A stretch of DNA of 64,000 bases from an uncultured Candidatus Rokubacteria bacterium (GTDB lineage: Bacteria; Methylomirabilota; Methylomirabilia; Rokubacteriales; CSP1-6). Shown one piece after another: positions 1 through 9,812 of the stretch. The notes beneath the pieces are model-generated. The model was not told where the DNA came from and did no database searches. It was given only the letters and a program-made list of their open reading frames with translations. The stretch lies in assembly GCA_963758635.1 (NCBI GenBank), contig CAVWWD010000007.1, forward strand, positions 160,001-224,000, in the 5' to 3' direction. The translations under genes were made by a program, and so were the position numbers. How positions within the stretch are numbered: position 1 is the stretch's first letter; each line of letters starts with the position of its first letter.

Positions 1-463
1 GGATCACGCCGTCCTGGTGGATGCAGATACCGCCGGGCGCGCCCTCGACCAGGCTCTGATGGCGGGCCTGGCCCTCCTCGAGGTCCCGCCGCGCCACGCG
101 CAGCGCCTGCTGGGCCCTGACCCGCTCGGTCACGTCGATGGCGTGGCCGAGCACGCGCGCCTCCCGGCCGGCCCCGCCGATCATCACGTTGCGGTACTCC
201 CAGAAGCGCTCCGAGCCATCCCTGGCCAGGAGCAGCATGAGGCCACTGTCCTGACCTTTCTCGCGGATGCGGACGAGGTAGTCGTCGAAGAGGTGCGCCA
301 CCGTGGGAGCGAGGTATTCGCGGAGGCTGTGGCCGACGCCGTCGTCCGCCGTCCAGCCGAGGGTGCGGGCCGCCGCCGGACTCACGTACGAGAGCACGCC
401 CTCCTGGTCATGGATGCACATGAGACCGAGGCTGTTCTCGACGAGGAGTCGGTAGTCGTCCAT
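1..463 (-). CDS. PAS-domain sensor protein (N-terminal part; runs off window start)
   Basis: Manual minus-strand translation from ATG 463: MDDYRLLVENSLGLMCIHDQEGVLSYVSPAAARTLGW...GHAIDVTERVRAQQAL...; PAS/PAC pattern, then the start of a second PAS. Not in the ORF track. Confidence 0.8.
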   Translation of the reverse strand, partial: MDDYRLLVENSLGLMCIHDQEGVLSYVSPAAARTLGWTADDGVGHSLREYLAPTVAHLFDDYLVRIREKGQDSGLMLLLARDGSERFWEYRNVMIGGAGREARVLGHAIDVTERVRAQQALRVARRDLEEGQARHQSLVEGAPGGICIHQDGVI

Positions 464-731
464 GTTGGTTGCGCTGGGGCTCGCTCGCCTGATGCTTGAC
501 GGGTGCGCGGCCAGCGCGATTCCTACAGCAATATCACATCAATGTCCCTCGGGACGGCACTCGCGAGAGTGGGGCGACGTATTTCCGAACGGTTCCCGGC
601 GTGATGCTCCTGCAAGGAACTCGCGAGCGAGAGAGACCGATCGTCTGCCGCGCGGCCTGCTCTTCTAGCACACCGACTGCGTGATCTAGCGGGGCTCGCG
701 ACCGTCCATACCAGGGAGAATATCTTTTTAG

Positions 732-778
732 TTGACAGCGCTTTCAATAGTTCCTATTGTTTCAGCACACGCTGAAAC
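732..778 (+). promoter_or_regulatory. sigma70-type promoter with two inverted repeats (candidate operator)
   Basis: TTGACA(732-737)-17 nt-TATTGT(755-760); IRs CAATAG-ttc-CTATTG (745-759) and GTTTCAGC-acac-GCTGAAAC (759-778). Confidence 0.7.
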
Positions 779-797
779 CTATGGAACGAGTGAAAGG

Positions 798-1844
798 ATG
801 TTTAAGTCTCAGGCTCTGCGTCAGTCGGCGGCTCAGCGACTCCGTGACCTGTTTCCTCGAGCGTCAGCCTGGGAGGAGACGCAGGACGCGGCCGTCGGCA
901 CGCAAACTGTGGATGTGCTGGTGAAATTCAAGTTGGGTGCGGCCGAGCAAACCCTCGCGGTCGACTTCGCATCCTTGGGTCAGCCCAGACAGGTCCGTGA
1001 GGCCATCACGCGCCTGTCCGACGTGAAGCGCGAGTTCCCGTCGGCCTACCCGGTGGCGGTGGCGCAGTACATCGGCGCGCAGAGCGGGACGCTGCTCAAG
1101 CGCAACGGCATCGGATACCTCGACCTCTCCGGCAACTGCCATCTTTCGTTCGAGAACGTCCTGATCGAGAAGACGGGCAAGCCGAACGCCCAGCCGTCGA
1201 CCCGACCGCTCAAGTCGCTGTTCGCCCCGCGCGCCACCCGCGTGGTCCGAGTGCTCCTCGTCGACCCCCAGCACATGTGGCGGCTCGAGGAGCTCGGCAA
1301 GGCGGCCGACGTGAGCCTCGGCCACGCCCATAACGTGGTCAAGCGGCTCGAGCAGCTCGCGTGGGTGTCCCGCGACGAGAACCAGCGCATTCAGCTCGCG
1401 CGGCCGGGTGACCTCCTCGACGCCTGGGTGGACTCCTACACTTACAGGCGGAACGACACCGGCGCGTTCTTCTCGGCGGATCGCATCACCCGGAAGGTGA
1501 TCGGCGAGCTCGCCCGCGTGGCCCACACCGAGGGCCGACGCTACGCCTTCACGCTGCACGCCGGCGCCGCGCTCATCGCGCCGAACATGCGCTTTCCCGC
1601 GATCCACTGCTACGTGGAGGGCAATCCTGCGCCCCTGGTCCGGGCCCTCGGTCTTCGCAGCGGCGAGGGCGAGGGAAACGTGTACCTGATGGCCCCTTAC
1701 GACGAGGGCGTGTTCTACGCGCCGCTCACGAAGGGCGGCCTCCCGGTGGTCAGCCTGCCGCAGCTCTACGCTGACCTCTACCACTACGAGCGCCGGGGCA
1801 GGGAGCAGGCCACCCACCTCCGCCGCGAGGCGATGGGGTACTGA
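798..1844 (+). CDS. Type IV TA AbiEi-family antitoxin-like transcriptional regulator
   Basis: GYLDLSGNC motif, central HTH (LEELGKAADVSLGHAHNVVKRL), C-terminal VSLPQLYADL...RGREQA; ATG 798 after GAAAGG. Confidence 0.7.
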   Translation: MFKSQALRQSAAQRLRDLFPRASAWEETQDAAVGTQTVDVLVKFKLGAAEQTLAVDFASLGQPRQVREAITRLSDVKREFPSAYPVAVAQYIGAQSGTLLKRNGIGYLDLSGNCHLSFENVLIEKTGKPNAQPSTRPLKSLFAPRATRVVRVLLVDPQHMWRLEELGKAADVSLGHAHNVVKRLEQLAWVSRDENQRIQLARPGDLLDAWVDSYTYRRNDTGAFFSADRITRKVIGELARVAHTEGRRYAFTLHAGAALIAPNMRFPAIHCYVEGNPAPLVRALGLRSGEGEGNVYLMAPYDEGVFYAPLTKGGLPVVSLPQLYADLYHYERRGREQATHLRREAMGY

Positions 1845-1912
1845 ACGAGCCCGCGTGGGCCGAACACGTTTGCGGTGGCACATGGCTGTACACGAAAGGG
1901 GGTGAGTTCTCA

Positions 1913-1951
1913 ATGGCGAAGAAGAAGGCGGCCAAGAAGAAGAAGAAGTAA
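1913..1951 (+). CDS. Putative 12-aa Lys-rich micropeptide MAKKKAAKKKKK
   Basis: Strong SD-like GAAAGGGGGTGA upstream; ATG...TAA; below the ORF-track length cutoff. Confidence 0.5.
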   Translation: MAKKKAAKKKKK

Positions 1952-1967
1952 GGCGGCAACGTGCTGA

Positions 1968-2076
1968 GCGGCGGGGGGTGGCGGCCCCCCACCGCGGTTG
2001 GACCTTCAGCGCGTCCGCGGCGCCATCTGGCGCTGCGGTCTCCGGGACGGGGGGTGGAAACGCCCCCCGTCACCGG
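1968..2076. terminator. Two GC-rich hairpins between convergent genes
   Basis: GCGGcGGGGGG/CCCCCCaCCGC (1968-1995) and CCGG-GACGGGGGG/CCCCCCGTC-CCGG (2042-2076); no clear U-tract. Confidence 0.4.
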
Positions 2077-2100
2077 TTCCTTCTGGAGGTCGTCGAGCGC

Positions 2101-2292
2101 TCAGACGACCTTCGTGACCTTCCCGGCCTTCAAACACCTCGTGCAGACCCGCACTCGCTTCACGGCCCCCGCCACCTTCGCCCGCATCGAGACGAGGTTC
2201 GCCAGCCACCGGCGCTTCGTGACGTTGTGAGCGTGGCTGATGCGGTGGCCGACGGCAGGCCCCTTCCCGCAGATATCGCAGCGCTGAGCCAT
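2101..2292 (-). CDS. rpmB: 50S ribosomal protein L28
   Basis: MAQRCDICGKGPAVGHRISHAHNVTKRRWLANL...VCTRCLKAGKV. Confidence 0.97.
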   Translation of the reverse strand: MAQRCDICGKGPAVGHRISHAHNVTKRRWLANLVSMRAKVAGAVKRVRVCTRCLKAGKVTKVV

Positions 2293-2339
2293 CCTGACTC
2301 CTTCGGGTTTCGTGAAGCGGTTGCTGGTTGCGGCCCTTC

Positions 2340-2368
2340 CTTATACCGTATGCAAGAGGGCAATGCAA
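2340..2368 (-). promoter_or_regulatory. sigma70-type promoter of rpmB
   Basis: Minus strand TTGCAT-17 nt-TATAAG upstream of rpmB. Confidence 0.6.
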
Positions 2369-2484
2369 GGAGCCGTCGTCTAAGTCGCTGAAAAATCGGG
2401 CGAGGCGCAGGCTCCCCGTCCCCCGAGCAACGGGGGACAGAGGTCTCGGGCCCTCTTCGTCGAGCCCCGCAGGAGGAGGATGGC

Positions 2485-3192
2485 ATGGACAGATCCTTGA
2501 CCCACGTGATCGTCGGTGTCCTGAGCGCCATGGGCCAGCGGCTGCTCTCCGCGCTGCCCTTGATGCTCACGTTGATCACGGTCATCGCGCTCGGCATGGT
2601 GATCGCCTGGGTGGCCGCCCGGCTCGTGTCGCGCCTCGCTCAGGCCGTGGACCTCGACCGCCGCGCGCGGAGCTGGGGCGTGGCGTCGTCCCTGGGCCGC
2701 GATGGGGGCGGCCGCACGCCGAGCGGCACGCTCGGGCTCATCGTGTTCTGGGGCGTGCTGCTGCTGATCGTCACCCTCGCCGTCGACGCGATGGCGGTGC
2801 CGGGCACCGAGCGGATCACCGCCTTCTTCTTCTCGTGGATTCCCGTCGCGCTCGGCGCCGTGCTGATCCTGGTCGTGGGCACGCTCTTCGCGAACTTCCT
2901 CTCCCAGGGCACGCTGATCGCCGCGGTGAACGCGGGTGTCCCCGAGGCGCGGCTGCTCGCGCGGGTCGTGCGCTGGGGGCTCCTGCTCTTCACCGTGGCC
3001 GCGGCGGCGACCCATCTCGGCCTCGCGAAGGAAATGGTCCTCGTCGCGTTCGGCATGACCTTCGGCGGGCTCGTGCTCGCGGCCTCGCTCGCGTTCGGTC
3101 TCGGCGGCCGACACCTCGCGCGGGAGATCCTGGAGCGCCGCCTGCGCCGGGAGCTGGACGCCGAGCGCCCCGAGCACCTGACTCACCTGTGA
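2485..3192 (+). CDS. Membrane protein, MscS-associated TM-helix (CmpX-like) family
   Basis: Multiple TM segments; C-terminal LAASLAFGLGGRHLAREILE motif. Confidence 0.7.
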   Translation: MDRSLTHVIVGVLSAMGQRLLSALPLMLTLITVIALGMVIAWVAARLVSRLAQAVDLDRRARSWGVASSLGRDGGGRTPSGTLGLIVFWGVLLLIVTLAVDAMAVPGTERITAFFFSWIPVALGAVLILVVGTLFANFLSQGTLIAAVNAGVPEARLLARVVRWGLLLFTVAAAATHLGLAKEMVLVAFGMTFGGLVLAASLAFGLGGRHLAREILERRLRRELDAERPEHLTHL

Positions 3193-3199
3193 GAGAGGC

Positions 3200-4375
3200 T
3201 CAGGTCCGGTGTCCGCGTTCTCCGAAGGCGGCCGCAGCGGCATGATAGACGGCCTCCGTCCGCTCGGCGACGGCGTCCCATCCGAACCGGCGCTCCACGT
3301 GCCGGCGGCCCGCCCCGCCCATCGCCCGGGCGCGAGCGGGGTCCGCGAGGAGCGCGGCCATGGCTTCGCCGAGCGCGTCGGGGCGGCCGGGCGGCACCAG
3401 GATCCCCGTCTCGCCGTCCACGACCACCTCGAGGATGCCGCCCACCGCGGAGGCGACCACGGGGGTCTCGCACGCCATCGCCTCGAGATTGATGACCCCG
3501 AACGGCTCGTACACGGACGGGCAGACGAAGAGCGCGGCGTGGGAGTAGAGCTGGATCACGTCGTCGACCGGCACCATCGCGTCGATCCACGTGACGCGCG
3601 GCCGCGCGGCGACCGCCGCGCGCAGCCGCTCGGCGATCTCCGGCGTGTCCGGCGCGGCGGCGCACAGCACGAGCTGCACCGGCTCGGGCAGGGCCGCGGC
3701 CGCCTCGACCAGGTGGAAGATGCCCTTCTGCTCCGAGATGCGCCCGACGAAGAGCACGTAGGGCGGGCGCACGCCGAGGCGGTCGAGGGCGTCCCGGGCG
3801 CGGGTGCGCCGGTAGCGGCCCAGGTCGATGCCGTTGTGGACGACGACCACGCGCTCCGCGGGGACGTCGAAGTGCGCCATCACGTCGCGGCGCATGGCCT
3901 CCGAGACCCCGATCACCCGGTCGGCGCCCTCCAGCGCCATCCGCTCCGCCCAGCTCGACACGCGATAGCCCGGCCCGAGCTGCTCGGCCTTCCAGGGACG
4001 CAGGGGCTCGAGGCTGTGCACGGTCACGACGAGGGGCACGTCGTGGAGCATCCGGATGAGCACGCCGGCCAGCGCCGCGTACCAGGTGTGCGCATGGGCA
4101 ACGTCGGCCTGGACGGGGTCCCGCGCCATGGCGAGCCCGACGGAGAGCGCCTCGAGGGCGGGAGCGTAGCGGAGGCCGTCGGCGCCGCGGCCCACCCGCG
4201 GCCACGGCGTGTAGCCGCGCGCGGCGATGCCGGCCGCGGGCGGGGCCGGCTCGTCGAAGCAGCGGACCTCCACGCTCATGCGGCGCGCGAGGGCGCGCGT
4301 GAGCTCGTCCACCACGACCCCGGCGCCGCCGTAGATGTGGGGCGGGTACTCGCGAGTGAGGCACAGCACGCGCAT
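3200..4375 (-). CDS. glgM: GT4 glycogen synthase / alpha-maltose-1-phosphate synthase (GlgM-like)
   Basis: REYPPHIYGGAG, HAHTWY, HSLEPLRPWKAEQLGPGY, CPSVYEPFGVINLEAMAC motifs. Confidence 0.85.
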   Translation of the reverse strand: MRVLCLTREYPPHIYGGAGVVVDELTRALARRMSVEVRCFDEPAPPAAGIAARGYTPWPRVGRGADGLRYAPALEALSVGLAMARDPVQADVAHAHTWYAALAGVLIRMLHDVPLVVTVHSLEPLRPWKAEQLGPGYRVSSWAERMALEGADRVIGVSEAMRRDVMAHFDVPAERVVVVHNGIDLGRYRRTRARDALDRLGVRPPYVLFVGRISEQKGIFHLVEAAAALPEPVQLVLCAAAPDTPEIAERLRAAVAARPRVTWIDAMVPVDDVIQLYSHAALFVCPSVYEPFGVINLEAMACETPVVASAVGGILEVVVDGETGILVPPGRPDALGEAMAALLADPARARAMGGAGRRHVERRFGWDAVAERTEAVYHAAAAAFGERGHRT

Positions 4376-4398
4376 CACCGACCAGCCTATCACCGCCC

Positions 4399-5691
4399 AT
4401 GACGCCTCCCATCATCTACAACCTGTTCCCGACGCTGGTCGGCCCGGCCGCGGGCTGGGTCGCGCACGCCGAGCGCGCCGCGAGCATGGGCTTCGACTGG
4501 CTGTACGTGAACCCCGTGCACTACCCCGGCTTCTCGGGAAGCCTCTACGCGGTGAAGGACCACGAGCGGCTGCACCCGCTGCTCGTGCCCGGCGACGGCG
4601 CGGCGCCGCTCGCGGCGCTCGGCCCCGTGGTGGGCGCGATACGCGAGCGTGGGCTCGGGGTGATGCTCGACCTGGTCGTCAACCACACCGCCCGGGACAG
4701 CGTGCTCGTGGAGCGTCGGCCCACGTGGTATCGGCGCGACGCGGCCGGCCGGGTGATGAGCCCCTCGGCGATCGACCCCGCCAACGCCGAGCGCGTCACC
4801 GTGTGGGGGGACCTGGCCGAGATCGACAACGCCGGGTCGTCCGAGCGAGACGATCTGTGGGGCTACTGGCAGGGGCTGATCGAGCGGTATCTCGACCTGG
4901 GGGTGACGGGCTTCCGGTGCGACGCCGCGTACAAGGTGCCGGCGGCCCTGTGGCGACGCCTGATCGCGACGGCGCGAGAGCGCACCCCGGAGGCGCTCTT
5001 CGTGGCGGAGACGCTCGGCTGCCGCATCGAGGAGGTCACGGCCCTCGGCGCGGCGGGATTCGACTACTTCTACAACAGCTCGAAGTGGTGGGACTTCGTC
5101 GCGCCGTGGGCCCTCGAGCAGCACGCGGCGTTCGGGCGCATCGCGCCCTCGATCGCCTTCCCCGAATCCCACGACACCGCCCGCCTCGCCGCCGAGACCG
5201 GTGGCCAGGAGGCCGTGCAGCGGCAGCGCTACGCGTTCGCCGCCGTCTTCTCGGCCGGCCTCCAGCTCACGATCGGGTACGAGTTCGGGTTCCGCCGGGC
5301 GCTCGACGTGGTCCGGACGAGCCCCGCGGACTGGGAGGCGCCGCTGTTCGACCTGCAGCCGTTCATCCGGCGGACGAACGCCCTCAAGCGCAGCCAGCCC
5401 TTGCTGCGCGAGGAAGGCGTGCTGCGGCCGGCCCCGCCGCCGGGCGATCGGGTCACCGCGCTCCGGCGGGAGAGCGCGGACGGCCGGCACCGCGGGCTCG
5501 TGCTGGTGAACCGGGACGCCCGCGGGTCGGCGCCGGCGTCGACCGCCGCCGCCGGCGTCTCCCCGCGCGCGCGCCTCTTTCGCCCGTGCGCGGACGATGC
5601 GCCCGCGGCCGGAGAGGCGGTCCCGGCCGAGATCCGGCTCGCCCCGGCCGAGATCGCGCTCATCGTGGAGGAGCCGGGCCGATCCGTGTGA
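4399..5691 (+). CDS. GH13 alpha-amylase family protein
   Basis: DLVVNH, GFRCDAAY, FVAET, ESHD catalytic regions. Confidence 0.85.
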   Translation: MTPPIIYNLFPTLVGPAAGWVAHAERAASMGFDWLYVNPVHYPGFSGSLYAVKDHERLHPLLVPGDGAAPLAALGPVVGAIRERGLGVMLDLVVNHTARDSVLVERRPTWYRRDAAGRVMSPSAIDPANAERVTVWGDLAEIDNAGSSERDDLWGYWQGLIERYLDLGVTGFRCDAAYKVPAALWRRLIATARERTPEALFVAETLGCRIEEVTALGAAGFDYFYNSSKWWDFVAPWALEQHAAFGRIAPSIAFPESHDTARLAAETGGQEAVQRQRYAFAAVFSAGLQLTIGYEFGFRRALDVVRTSPADWEAPLFDLQPFIRRTNALKRSQPLLREEGVLRPAPPPGDRVTALRRESADGRHRGLVLVNRDARGSAPASTAAAGVSPRARLFRPCADDAPAAGEAVPAEIRLAPAEIALIVEEPGRSV

Positions 5692-5780
5692 GGGTGAGCG
5701 CCCGACGACGCGAGCGACGCGGTCGGGCCGGCGCCGGGGGCGCGAGGGCGAGGCGCGAGGGCGAGGAAGGAGCGTGGACG

Positions 5781-6164
5781 ATGGCGCAGGGAGCGCGAGT
5801 GCTCGTGGTGGACGACGACGCGGAGATGCGTGCGATGCTGAGGGACGAGCTTGTCCACGACGGCTACGAGGTGGCCGAGGCCGCCGACGGAGGGGAGGCC
5901 GTCCTGGCGTGCCGCGGCCGCGCCTTCGACGTGATCGTGATGGACAAGAACATGCCGGGCCCGAGCGGGCTGGACCTGCTCCCGGGCTTCCGGCGCTCCT
6001 GTCCGGGCTCCCGCATCATCATGATGACGGCGTTCGGCGACCTGCCGTCGTACACCGAGGCGGTGGAGAAGGGGGCGGTGGACTTCCTGTTCAAGCCCTT
6101 CCGCATCGACGAGCTGAAGGCGGCGCTCCACCGGGCCCTCGACGCCGGCACGCCCTCGCCCTGA
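5781..6164 (+). CDS. Single-domain response regulator
   Basis: VLVVDDD, MDKNMPG, MTAFG, KPF receiver motifs; AAGGAG upstream. Confidence 0.9.
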   Translation: MAQGARVLVVDDDAEMRAMLRDELVHDGYEVAEAADGGEAVLACRGRAFDVIVMDKNMPGPSGLDLLPGFRRSCPGSRIIMMTAFGDLPSYTEAVEKGAVDFLFKPFRIDELKAALHRALDAGTPSP

Positions 6165-6173
6165 TGGTGACGC

Positions 6174-7760
6174 GTGAAGAACCTCACCGCGCGCCTGGTC
6201 CTCCTGCTGATGCTGGTCCTGCTCGTCGTCACGGGCCTCGCGGACTACGTGCGTCTGGCGCGCGAGCGCGACCGCCTCGTCGCGGTCACCATGACCGACC
6301 AGCGCATCTTCACCGACACGCTCGCGCTGGCCGTCCGGCGCAACGTGTCGCGAGGACGGACCACGGAGGAGCTCCAGGAGCTGCTCGAGGACATCCGTCG
6401 CCGCCCCCGCCTGGTGTGGGCGGCCATCTACGACTCGAAGGGACGCCGGGTGGCCGCCGCCGCGGGCTCGGGCGAGGCGCCGGCCCAGGCGGACCGCATC
6501 GTCGAGCGCGCCCTCGCGAGCCGGGCGCCCGTGTCCGAGACGTTCATGGAGCCGGGCGGCAAGGTGCTCCGGTCGATCCGTCCGCTGCGCTGGCCGGACG
6601 GCGGGACGGCCGCCGTCGAGGTGCGCCAGAGCCTCCGCGGGGTCGAGCGCGAGTTCGAGCGCGCGGTGCGGGAGAGCGTGGTGACCCGCGTGGCCGTGCT
6701 CGCCCTGTTCGTGCTCCTCGTGGTGGTGGTGACGCGCTGGAGCGTCGCCCGGCCGATCCGGGCGCTGATCCGCGGCGCGCGGGCGGTGGGCAGCGGCGAT
6801 CTCACCCAGCGCATCGACATGCGCGGGACCACCGAGCTGCGGCAGCTCGCCGACGAGTTCAACCGCATGGCCGAGAGCCTCGAGCGGGCGCAGCGGGCCC
6901 TGGTCGCCCAGTCCGAGGAGCGGGTGCGCCTGGAGCGCGAGGTGGAGCAGGCCCAGAAGCTGGCCGCCGTGGGGCTGCTCGCCGCCGAGGTCGCGCACGA
7001 GCTGGGGACGCCGCTGAACGTGATCTCCGGCCGGACGGAGGCCTTGTCGCGATCGCTGCCGCCGGACGCCCCCGGCCGCCGGCACGTGGAGCTGATCCAG
7101 GCCCAGACGGACCGGATCGCCCACATCGTGCGCGACCTGCTCGATCACGCGCGACCCCGGCGCCCGGAGCTCCGCGCGCAGGCCCTGGGTCCGCTCCTGA
7201 CCCGGGTCGTCGACCTGGTCGACGCCCGCTTCCGCGCCAAGGGCGTGCGGATCGCCCTCGAGCCGGCGCCACCGGAGGCGGTGGTCCACGCCGATCCCGA
7301 CCAGCTCTACCAGGTCTTCATCAACCTGCTGAGCAACGCGCTGGACGCGGCCGCGCCCGGCACGGTGGTCCGGATCGCCAGCGGGCCCGAGCCGCTCCTG
7401 CCCGCCGCGGGCCGCCACGGCGTGATCCGCGGGAAGGTGGATCCGCCGTTCGCCGCCGTGCACGTGATGGACGAGGGCCCCGGGCTGTCGCACGACGAGA
7501 TGAGCCGCGTCTTCCAGCCGTTCTTCTCCACCAAGCGCCGGGGGCAGGGCACGGGGCTGGGGCTGCCCATCGTCGAGGAGATCGTGCGAGCGCACCGGGG
7601 CGAGGTCGAGATCCTCTCGACGCCGGGCGTGGGCACCGAGGTCGTCGTGCGGCTCCCCATCGGGATCCGGAGCGAGACCGGGGCGGCCGTGCCGGCACGC
7701 GCCGGCGCGCGCCCGTCCGCCTCTCACCCCGGCGGTACAATCGAGGCTCGAAGCGCGTGA
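6174..7760 (+). CDS. HAMP-domain sensor histidine kinase
   Basis: Two TM segments, HAMP, VAHELGTPL H-box, N box, DEGPG, GTGLGL. Confidence 0.92.
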   Translation: MKNLTARLVLLLMLVLLVVTGLADYVRLARERDRLVAVTMTDQRIFTDTLALAVRRNVSRGRTTEELQELLEDIRRRPRLVWAAIYDSKGRRVAAAAGSGEAPAQADRIVERALASRAPVSETFMEPGGKVLRSIRPLRWPDGGTAAVEVRQSLRGVEREFERAVRESVVTRVAVLALFVLLVVVVTRWSVARPIRALIRGARAVGSGDLTQRIDMRGTTELRQLADEFNRMAESLERAQRALVAQSEERVRLEREVEQAQKLAAVGLLAAEVAHELGTPLNVISGRTEALSRSLPPDAPGRRHVELIQAQTDRIAHIVRDLLDHARPRRPELRAQALGPLLTRVVDLVDARFRAKGVRIALEPAPPEAVVHADPDQLYQVFINLLSNALDAAAPGTVVRIASGPEPLLPAAGRHGVIRGKVDPPFAAVHVMDEGPGLSHDEMSRVFQPFFSTKRRGQGTGLGLPIVEEIVRAHRGEVEILSTPGVGTEVVVRLPIGIRSETGAAVPARAGARPSASHPGGTIEARSA

Positions 7761-7803
7761 TGCGCAGTCGCGCGGGCGCGGGTCCGACGAGGGAAGGTGA
7801 GAC

Positions 7804-9807
7804 ATGGCGTTGATGGCGGCGCAGAGGCCCGCGCGCGGCGACGCGCGGACGGTGTGGATCGGCGGCGTCTGGCCCGAGCTCGACGGCGGCCGCTCCCCGG
7901 TCAAGCGCGTCGTCGGCGACGTCCTCGAGGTGACCGCGGACGTCTTCCTGGAGGGGCACGGCAGCCTGGCCGCCGTCCTCTGCCATCGCACGATCAAGGA
8001 CACGTCCTGGCGCGAGGCGCCGATGGTCCACGCGGGCAACGACCGGTGGACGGCGCGCATTCCCCTGGAGGAGAACACCCGGTACCTCTACACCGTCGAG
8101 GCCTGGGCCGACCCGTGGGGCTCGTGGGCCGTGGATCTGCGCAAGCGCGTCGCCGCGGGGCTCGACGTGCGGAGCGAGCTGCGGGAAGGGGCGGGGCTGG
8201 TCCGCGCCACCCGGGACCGCGCGGGCGGCGCCAACCGCGAGCGGCTCCAGCGACTCCTGGACGAGCTCGACCGAGACGCCGATCCCGCGCGCCAGGCCCG
8301 GGCGCTCCTCGCCGACGAGACCGCCGCGCTCCTGGCCCTCCACGTCGACCGCAGCGCGGCCACGCGCTACGACCGCGAGCTCGAGGTCGTGGTGGATCGC
8401 CCGCAGGCGCGCTTCGCCGCCTGGTACGAGCTCTTCCCGCGCTCGCAGGGCACGCGGCCGGGCGCCCACGGCACCTTCCACGACTGCATCCGGCGCCTGC
8501 CCGACATCGCGGCGATGGGCTTCGACGTGATCTATCTGCCCCCCATCCATCCCATCGGCCGGACGGCCCGAAAGGGCCGGAACAACGCGCTCGCCGCCGG
8601 GCCCGACGATCCGGGCTCGCCGTGGGCCATCGGCAACGAGCACGGCGGGCACACGGCCATCGAGCCCGCGCTGGGCACGCCCGAGGACTTCCGGGCCCTG
8701 GTGGCGGCGGCGCGCGAGCACGGGATCGAGGTCGCGCTGGACTACGCGCTGCAATGCTCGCCCGACCACCCGTGGGTGCGCGAGCATCCCGAGTGGTTCC
8801 ACCGGCGTCCCGACGGCACGATCAAGTACGCGGAGAACCCGCCGAAGAAGTACCAGGACATCTACCCGATCAACTTCGCGTGCCGCGACCGCGAGGCGCT
8901 GTGGGAGGAGCTGCGCGGCATCGTGCTCCACTGGATCGGCGAGGGCGTCCGCACGTTCCGCGTGGACAACCCGCACACCAAGCCCATCCCGTTCTGGGCG
9001 TGGCTGATCCGCGAGGTGCAGGCGGTCTACCCGGACGTGATCTTCCTGAGCGAGGCCTTCACGCGGCCCAAGGTGATGCAGGCCCTCGCCAAGGTCGGCT
9101 TCACGCAGTCCTACACGTACTTCACCTGGCGGAACTTCAAGGACGAGCTGCGCGAGTACTTCACCGAGCTCACGCAGGGCGAGATGGCGGAGTACTTCCG
9201 GGGCAACCTCTTCTGCAACACGCCGGACATCCTCCCGCCCGTCCTCCAGCAGGGCGGCCGGGCCGCCTTCAAGATGCGGGCGGCGCTCGCCGCGACGCTG
9301 TCCTCGGTGTGGGGCATCTACAGCGGCTTCGAGCTCCTCGAGCACGCCGCCATCCCGGGCCGCGAGGAGTACCTCGACTCCGAGAAGTACGAGGTCAAGG
9401 TCCGCGACTGGGCCGCGCCCGGCAGCATCACGCCGTACCTGACGCGGCTGAATCGCATCCGCCGCGAGCATCCCGCGCTGCAGGAGTACACCGCGCTGCG
9501 CTTCTACGAGGCCGACGGCGAGCACGTCCTCTTCTACGGCAAGCGGAGCCCGGACGGCGCCGACGTGGTCTGGGTGGCGGTGAACCTCGATCCCTACGAC
9601 GCCCACGAGGCGACGCTCCGGCTGCCCCTCGCCGACGTCGGGCTCGCGCCCGACGATCGCGTCCAGGTCCACGACCTCCTCACCGACCGGCGCCAGCTCT
9701 GGCGCGGGCCGGAGCAGAAGATCCGCCTCGACCCCGCCGAGGAGCCCGCGGCGGTCTTCCACGTCACCCCGCTGCCTCGCAAGCCGTTCGACGAGCCCTG
9801 CGCGTGA
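7804..9807 (+). CDS. glgE: alpha-1,4-glucan:maltose-1-phosphate maltosyltransferase
   Basis: [45 protein letters not shown]. Confidence 0.95.
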   Translation: MALMAAQRPARGDARTVWIGGVWPELDGGRSPVKRVVGDVLEVTADVFLEGHGSLAAVLCHRTIKDTSWREAPMVHAGNDRWTARIPLEENTRYLYTVEAWADPWGSWAVDLRKRVAAGLDVRSELREGAGLVRATRDRAGGANRERLQRLLDELDRDADPARQARALLADETAALLALHVDRSAATRYDRELEVVVDRPQARFAAWYELFPRSQGTRPGAHGTFHDCIRRLPDIAAMGFDVIYLPPIHPIGRTARKGRNNALAAGPDDPGSPWAIGNEHGGHTAIEPALGTPEDFRALVAAAREHGIEVALDYALQCSPDHPWVREHPEWFHRRPDGTIKYAENPPKKYQDIYPINFACRDREALWEELRGIVLHWIGEGVRTFRVDNPHTKPIPFWAWLIREVQAVYPDVIFLSEAFTRPKVMQALAKVGFTQSYTYFTWRNFKDELREYFTELTQGEMAEYFRGNLFCNTPDILPPVLQQGGRAAFKMRAALAATLSSVWGIYSGFELLEHAAIPGREEYLDSEKYEVKVRDWAAPGSITPYLTRLNRIRREHPALQEYTALRFYEADGEHVLFYGKRSPDGADVVWVAVNLDPYDAHEATLRLPLADVGLAPDDRVQVHDLLTDRRQLWRGPEQKIRLDPAEEPAAVFHVTPLPRKPFDEPCA

Positions 9808-9812
9808 CCGCC

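Noticed and set aside
17..499. 160-aa plus-strand ORF
   Set aside because: Shadow of the minus-strand PAS gene.
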